From positions 4,340,001 to 4,404,000 of the forward strand of contig OZ059896.1 in assembly GCA_964057225.1 (NCBI GenBank): 64,000 nucleotides of DNA. Reading direction: 5' to 3'. This stretch comes from Auanema rhodensis. Lineage: Eukaryota > Animalia > Nematoda. Numbering within the stretch: the first letter of the stretch is position 1; each line of letters begins with the position of its first letter. Of this stretch, positions 58,101 through 64,000 are shown piece after piece. The position numbers and the translations under genes are program-made. The notes beneath the pieces are model-generated. The model did no database searches, was not told where the DNA came from, and saw only the letters and a list, made by a program, of their open reading frames with translations.

Positions 58101-61100
58101 TCACGTGTACATTTAATTAGCATAAATTAAAGTTCACGTAAATTTCAAAGTCATGGTTACCATGAACCAATATCAATAAAAATTTGTTTTTAGACTAATA
58201 TGGACATGGGGAATCTAATTTTGAAAATCGCATCTCTTTATCTTTCACGTGAAGCGAGTTACATACCAAGTGCACATCACGTGTACATTTAATTAGCATA
58301 AATTAAAGTTCACGTAAATTTCAAAGTCATGGTTACCATGAACCAATATCAATAAAAATTTGTTTTTAGACTAATATGGACATGGGGAATCTAATTTTGA
58401 AAACCGCATCTCTTTATCTTTCACGTGAAGCGAGTTACATACCAAGTGCACATCACGTGTACATTTAATTAGCATAAATTAAAGTTCACGTAAATTTCAA
58501 AGTCATGGTTACCATGAACCAATATCAATAAAAATTTGTTTTCAGACTAATTTGGACATGGGGAATCTAATTTTGAAAACCGCATCTCTTTATCTTTCAA
58601 GTGAAGCGAGTTACATACCAAGTGCACATCACGTGTACATTTAATTAGCATAAATTAAAGTTCACGTAAATTTCAAAGTCATGGTTACCATGAACCAATA
58701 TCGATAAAAATTTGTTTTTAAACTAATATGGACATGAGGAATCTAATTTTGAAAACCGCATCTCTTTATCTTTCACGTGAAGCGAGTTACATACCAAGTG
58801 CACATCACGTGTACATTTAATTAGCATAAATTAAAGTTCACGTAAATTTCAAAGTCATGGTTACCATGCACCAATATCAATAAAAATTTGTTTTTAGACT
58901 AATATGGACATGGAGAATCTAATTTTGAAAACCGCATCTCTTTATCTTTCACGTGAAGCGAGTTACATACCAAGTGCACATCACGTGTACACTTAATTAG
59001 CATAAATTAAAGTTCACGTAAATTTCAAAGTCATGGTTACCATGCACCAATATCAATAAAAATTTGTTTTTAGACTAATATGGACATGGGGAATCTAATT
59101 TTGAAAACCGCATCTCTTTATCTTTCAAGTGAAGCGAGTTACATACCAAGTGCACATCACGTGTACACTTAATTAGCATAAATTAAAGTTCACGTAAGTT
59201 TCAAAGTCATGGTTACCATGCACCAATATCAATAAAAATTTGTTTTTAGACTAATATGGACATGGGGAATCTAATTTTGAAAACCGCATCTCTTTATCTT
59301 TCAAGTGAAGCGAGTTACATACCAAGTGCACATCACGTGTACATTTAATTAGCATAAATTAAAGTTCACGTAAATTTCAAAGTCATGGTTACCATGCACC
59401 AATATCAATAAAAATTTGTTTTTAGACTAATATGGACATGGAGAATCTAATTTTGAAAACCGCATCTCTTTATCTTTCAAGTGAAGCGAGTTACATACCA
59501 AGTGCACATCACGTGTACATTTAATTAGCATAAATTAAAGTTCACGTAAATTTCAAAGTCATGGTTACCATGCACCAATATCAATAAAAATTTGTTTTTA
59601 GACTAATATGGACTCGGAGAATCTAATTTTGAAAACCGCATCTCTTTATCTTTCACGTGAAGCGAGTTACATACCAAGTGCACATAACGTGTACATTTAA
59701 TTAGCATAAATTAAAGTTCACGTAAATTTCAAAGTCATGGTTACCATGCACCAATATCAATAAAAATTTGTTTTTAGACTAATATGAACATGGGGAATCT
59801 AATTTTGAAAACCGCATCTCTTTATCTTTCACGTGAAGCGAGTTACATACCAAGTGCACATAACGTGTACATTTAATTAGCATAAATTAAAGTTCACGTA
59901 AATTTCAAAGTCATGGTTACCATGAACCAATATCAATAAAAATTTGTTTTTAGACTAATATGGACATGGGGAATCTAATTTTGAAAACCGCATCTCTTTA
60001 TCTTTCACGTGAAGCGAGTTACATACCAAGTGCACATCACGTGTACATTTAATTAGCATAAATTAAAGTTCACGTAAATTTCAAAGTCATGGTTACCATG
60101 CACCAATATCAATAAAAATTTGTTTTTAGACTAATATGAACATGGGGAATCTAATTTTGAAAACCGCATCTCTTTATCTTTCACGTGAAGCGAGTTACAT
60201 ACCAAGTGCACATAACGTGTACATTTAATTAGCATAAATTAAAGTTCACGTAAATTTCAAAGTCATGGTTACCATGAACCAATATCAATAAAAATTTGTT
60301 TTCAGACTAATTTGGACATGGGGAATCTAATTTTGAAATTCGCATCTCTTTATCTTTCGAGTGAAGCGAGTTACATACCAAGTGCACATCACGTGTACAT
60401 TTAATTAGCATAAATTAAAGTTCACGTAAATTTCAAAGTCATGGTTACCATGAACCAATATTAATAAAAATTGGTTTTTAGACTAATATGGACATGGGGA
60501 ATCTAATTTTGAAAACTGCATCTCTTTATCTTTCACGTGAAGCGAGTTACATACCAAGTGCACATCACGTGTACACTTAATTAGCATAAATTAAAGTTCA
60601 CGTTAATTTCAAAGTCATGGTTACCATGAACCAATATCAATAAAAACTTGTTTTTAGACTAATATGGACATGGGGAATCTAATTTTGAAAACCGCATCTC
60701 TTTATCTTTCAAGTGAAGCGAGTTACATACCAAGTGCACATCACGTGTACATTTAATTAGCATAAATTAAAGTTCACGTAAATTTCAAAGTCATGGTTAC
60801 CATGCACCAATATCAATAAAAATTTGTTTTTAGACTAATATGGACATGGAGAATCTAATTTTGAAAACCGCATCTCTTTATCTTTCACGTGAAGCGAGTT
60901 ACATACCAAGTGCACATCACGTGTACATTTAATTAGCATAAATTAAAGTTCACGTAAATTTCAAAGTCATGGTTACCATGCACCAATATCAATAAAAATT
61001 TGTTTTTAGACTAATATGGACATGGGGAATCTAATTTTGAAAACCGCATCTCTTTATCTTTCACGTGAAGCGAGTTACATACCAAGTGCACATAACGTGT

Positions 61101-64000
61101 ACATTTAATTAGCATAAATTAAAGTTCACGTAAATTTCAAAGTCATGGTTACCATGAACCAATATCAATAAAAATTTGTTTTCAGACTAATTTGGACATG
61201 GGGAATCTAATTTTGAAATTCGCATCTCTTTATCTTTCAAGTGAAGCGAGTTACATACCAAGTGCACATCACGTGTACATTTAATTAGCATAAATTAAAG
61301 TTCACGTAAATTTCAAAGTCATGGTTACCATGAACCAATATCAATAAAAATTTGTTTTTAAACTAATATGGACATGGGGAATCTAATTTTGAAAACCGCA
61401 TCTCTTTATCTTTCAAGTGAAGCGAGTTACATACCTAGTGCACATCACGTGTACATTTAATTAGCATAAATTAAAGTTCACGTAAATTTCAAAGTCATGG
61501 TTACCATGAACCAATATCAATAAAAATTTCTTTTTAGACTAATATGGACATGGGGAATCTAATTTTGAAAATCGCATCTCTTTATCTTTCACGTGAAGCG
61601 AGTTACATACCAAGTGCACATCACGTGTACATTTAATTAGCATAAATTAAAGTTCACGTAAATTTCAAAGTCATGGTTACCATGAACCAATATCAATAAA
61701 AATTTGTGTTTAGACTAATATGGACATGGGGAATCTAATTTTGAAAACCGCATCTCTTTATCTTTCACGTGAAGCGAGTTACATACCAAGTGCACATCAC
61801 GTGTACATTTAATTAGCATAAAGTAAAGTTCACGTAAATTTCAAAGTCATGGTTACCATGCACCAATATCAATAAAAATTTGTTTTTAGACTAATATGGA
61901 CATGGGGAATCTAATTTTGAAAATCGCATCTCTTTATCTTTCACGTGAAGCGAGTTACATACCAAGTGCACATCACGTGTACATTTAATTAGCATAAATT
62001 AAAGTTCACGTAAATTTCAAAGTCATGGTTACCATGAACCAATATCAATAAAAATTTGTTTTTAGACTAATATGGACATGGGGAATCTAATTTTGAAAAC
62101 CGCATCTCTTTATCTTTCACGTGAAGCGAGTTACATACCAAGTGCACATCACGTGTACATTTAATTAGCATAAATTAAAGTTCACGTAAATTTCAAAGTC
62201 ATGGTTACCATGCACCAATATTAATAAAAATTTGTTTTTAGACTAATATGGACATGGGGAATCTAATTTTGAAAACCGCATCTCTTTATCTTTCACGTGA
62301 AGCGAGTTACATACCAAGTGCACATCACGTGTACATTTAATTAGCATAAATTAAAGTTCACGTAAATTTCAAAGTCATGGTTACCATGAACCAATATCAA
62401 TAAAAATTTGTTTTTAGACTAATATGGACATGGGGAATCTAATTTTGAAAACCGCATCTCTTTATCTTTCACGTGAAGCGAGTTACATACCAAGTGCACA
62501 TCACGTGTACATTTAATTAGCATAAATTAAAGTTCACGTAAATTTCAAAGTCATGGTTACCATGAACCAATATCAATAAAAATTTGTTTTTAGACTAATA
62601 TGGACATGGGGAATCTAATTTTGAAAATCGCATCTCTTTATCTTTTACGTGAAGCGAGTTACATACCAAGTGCACATCACGTGTACATTTAATTAGCATA
62701 AATTAAAGTTCACGTAAATTTCAAAGTCATGGTTACCATGAACCAATATCAATAAAAATTTGTTTTTAGACTAATATGGACATGGGGAATCTAATTTTGA
62801 AAACCGCATCTCTTTATCTTTCACGTGAAGCGAGTTACATACCAAGTGCACATCACGTGTACATTTAATTAGCATAAATTAAAGTTCACGTAAATTTCAA
62901 AGTCATGGTTACCATGCACCAATATTAATAAAAATTTGTTTTTAGACTAATATGGACATGGGGAATCTAATTTTGAAAACCGCATCTCTTTATCTTTCAC
63001 GTGAAGCGAGTTACATACCAAGTGCACATCACGTGTACATTTAATTAGCATAAATTAAAGTTCACGTAAATTTCAAAGTCATGGTTACCATGAACCAATA
63101 TCAATAAAAATTTGTTTTTAGACTAATATGGACATGGGGAATCTAATTTTGAAAACCGCATCTCTTTATCTTTCACGTGAAGCGAGTTACATACCAAGTG
63201 CACATCACGTGTACATTTAATTAGCATAAATTAAAGTTCACGTAAATTTCAAAGTCATGGTTACCATGAACCAATATCAATAAAAATTTGTTTTTAGACT
63301 AATATGGACATGGGGAATCTAATTTTGAAAATCGCATCTCTTTATCTTTCACGTGAAGCGAGTTACATACCAAGTGCACATCACGTGTACATTTAATTAG
63401 CATAAATTAAAGTTCACGTAAATTTCAAAGTCATGGTTACCATGAACCAATATCAATAAAAATTTGTTTTTAGACTAATATGGACATGGGGAATCTAATT
63501 TTGAAAACCGCATCTCTTTATCTTTCACGTGAAGCGAGTTACATACCAAGTGCACATCACGTGTACATTTAATTAGCATAAATTAAAGTTCACGTAAATT
63601 TCAAAGTCATGGTTACCATGAACCAATATCAATAAAAATTTGTTTTTAGACTAATATGGACATGGGGAATCTAATTTTGAAAACCGCATCTCTTTATCTT
63701 TCACGTGAAGCGAGTTACATACCAAGTGCACATCACGTGTACATTTAATTAGCATAAATTAAAGTTCACGTAAATTTCAAAGTCATGGTTACCATGAACC
63801 AATATCAATAAAAATTTGTTTTTAGACTAATATGGACATGGGGAATCTAATTTTGAAAACCGCATCTCTTTATCTTTCACGTGAAGCGAGTTACATACCA
63901 AGTGCACATCACGTGTACATTTAATTAGCATAAATTAAAGTTCACGTAAATTTCAAAGTCATGGTTACCATGCACCAATATTAATAAAAATTTGTTTTTA

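Larger units (their letters stand above)
1..64000. repeat. 176-bp tandem satellite array (~363.5 monomers), probably centromeric/pericentromeric satellite DNA; extends beyond both window edges
   Basis: GTACATTTAA recurs at 1, 177, 881, 2641 and so on (1+176k) up to 19361. After four +6 and two +1 insertions (26 bp total) it recurs at 27+176k (e.g. 26251, 63211) to the end. Monomers differ from consensus by only a few substitutions. The centromeric role is inferred from the nucleosome-scale length, AT richness and homogeneity, not shown. Confidence 0.98.

Noticed and set aside
1-64000. Protein-coding repeat / long ORF
   Set aside because: Consensus positions 7-24 contain stops in all three forward frames (TAA at 8, TAG at 12, TAA at 22) and all three reverse frames (TTA at 7, 11, 21), so no ORF can extend much beyond one monomer.
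1-64000. CRISPR array or repeat-spacer system
   Set aside because: There are palindromic segments but no unique spacers. The whole 176 bp is repeated, and no cas or other genes are present.
1-64000. Embedded transposon, inversion or unique-sequence island
   Set aside because: Monomer phase is fully accounted for by 26 bp of small insertions, and every line read matches the same-strand consensus.
1-64000. Single regular array-wide HOR or an encoded 'code' in the variant order
   Set aside because: Periods differ locally (5, 6, 7, 14 monomers and larger offsets). The pattern is explained by nested duplication, deletion and conversion without invoking function.

Overview
The whole 64-kb window is one uninterrupted head-to-tail satellite DNA array in a single orientation: 363 complete monomers plus an 86-bp partial one, monomer length 176 bp, about 32% GC by hand count. 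Consensus: gtacatttaattagcataaattaaagttcacgtaaatttcaaagtcatggttaccatgaaccaatatcaataaaaatttgtttttagactaatatggacatggggaatctaattttgaaaaccgcatctctttatctttcacgtgaagcgagttacataccaagtgcacatcacgt. I found no genes, RNA genes, transposon insertions or CRISPR spacers. The monomer size and homogeneity fit a eukaryotic centromeric or pericentromeric satellite, but I cannot name the family or organism. The interesting structure is internal. (1) The monomer carries a hidden, degenerate ~84-bp inverted repeat, several short dyads and three TCACGT cores 32-33 bp apart. (2) The array is a mosaic of local higher-order repeats and block duplications (5-, 6-, 7- and 14-mers, plus blocks repeated 17, 22, 29, 39, 46 and 78 monomers apart). 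(3) A left and a right variant domain are separated by a ~4-kb zone rich in private mutations (~25.7-29.7 kb). (4) Only six indel-bearing monomers were found, all between 19.4 and 25.7 kb. Variants are written as consensus base, position within the monomer, new base. All monomer typing was done by eye.
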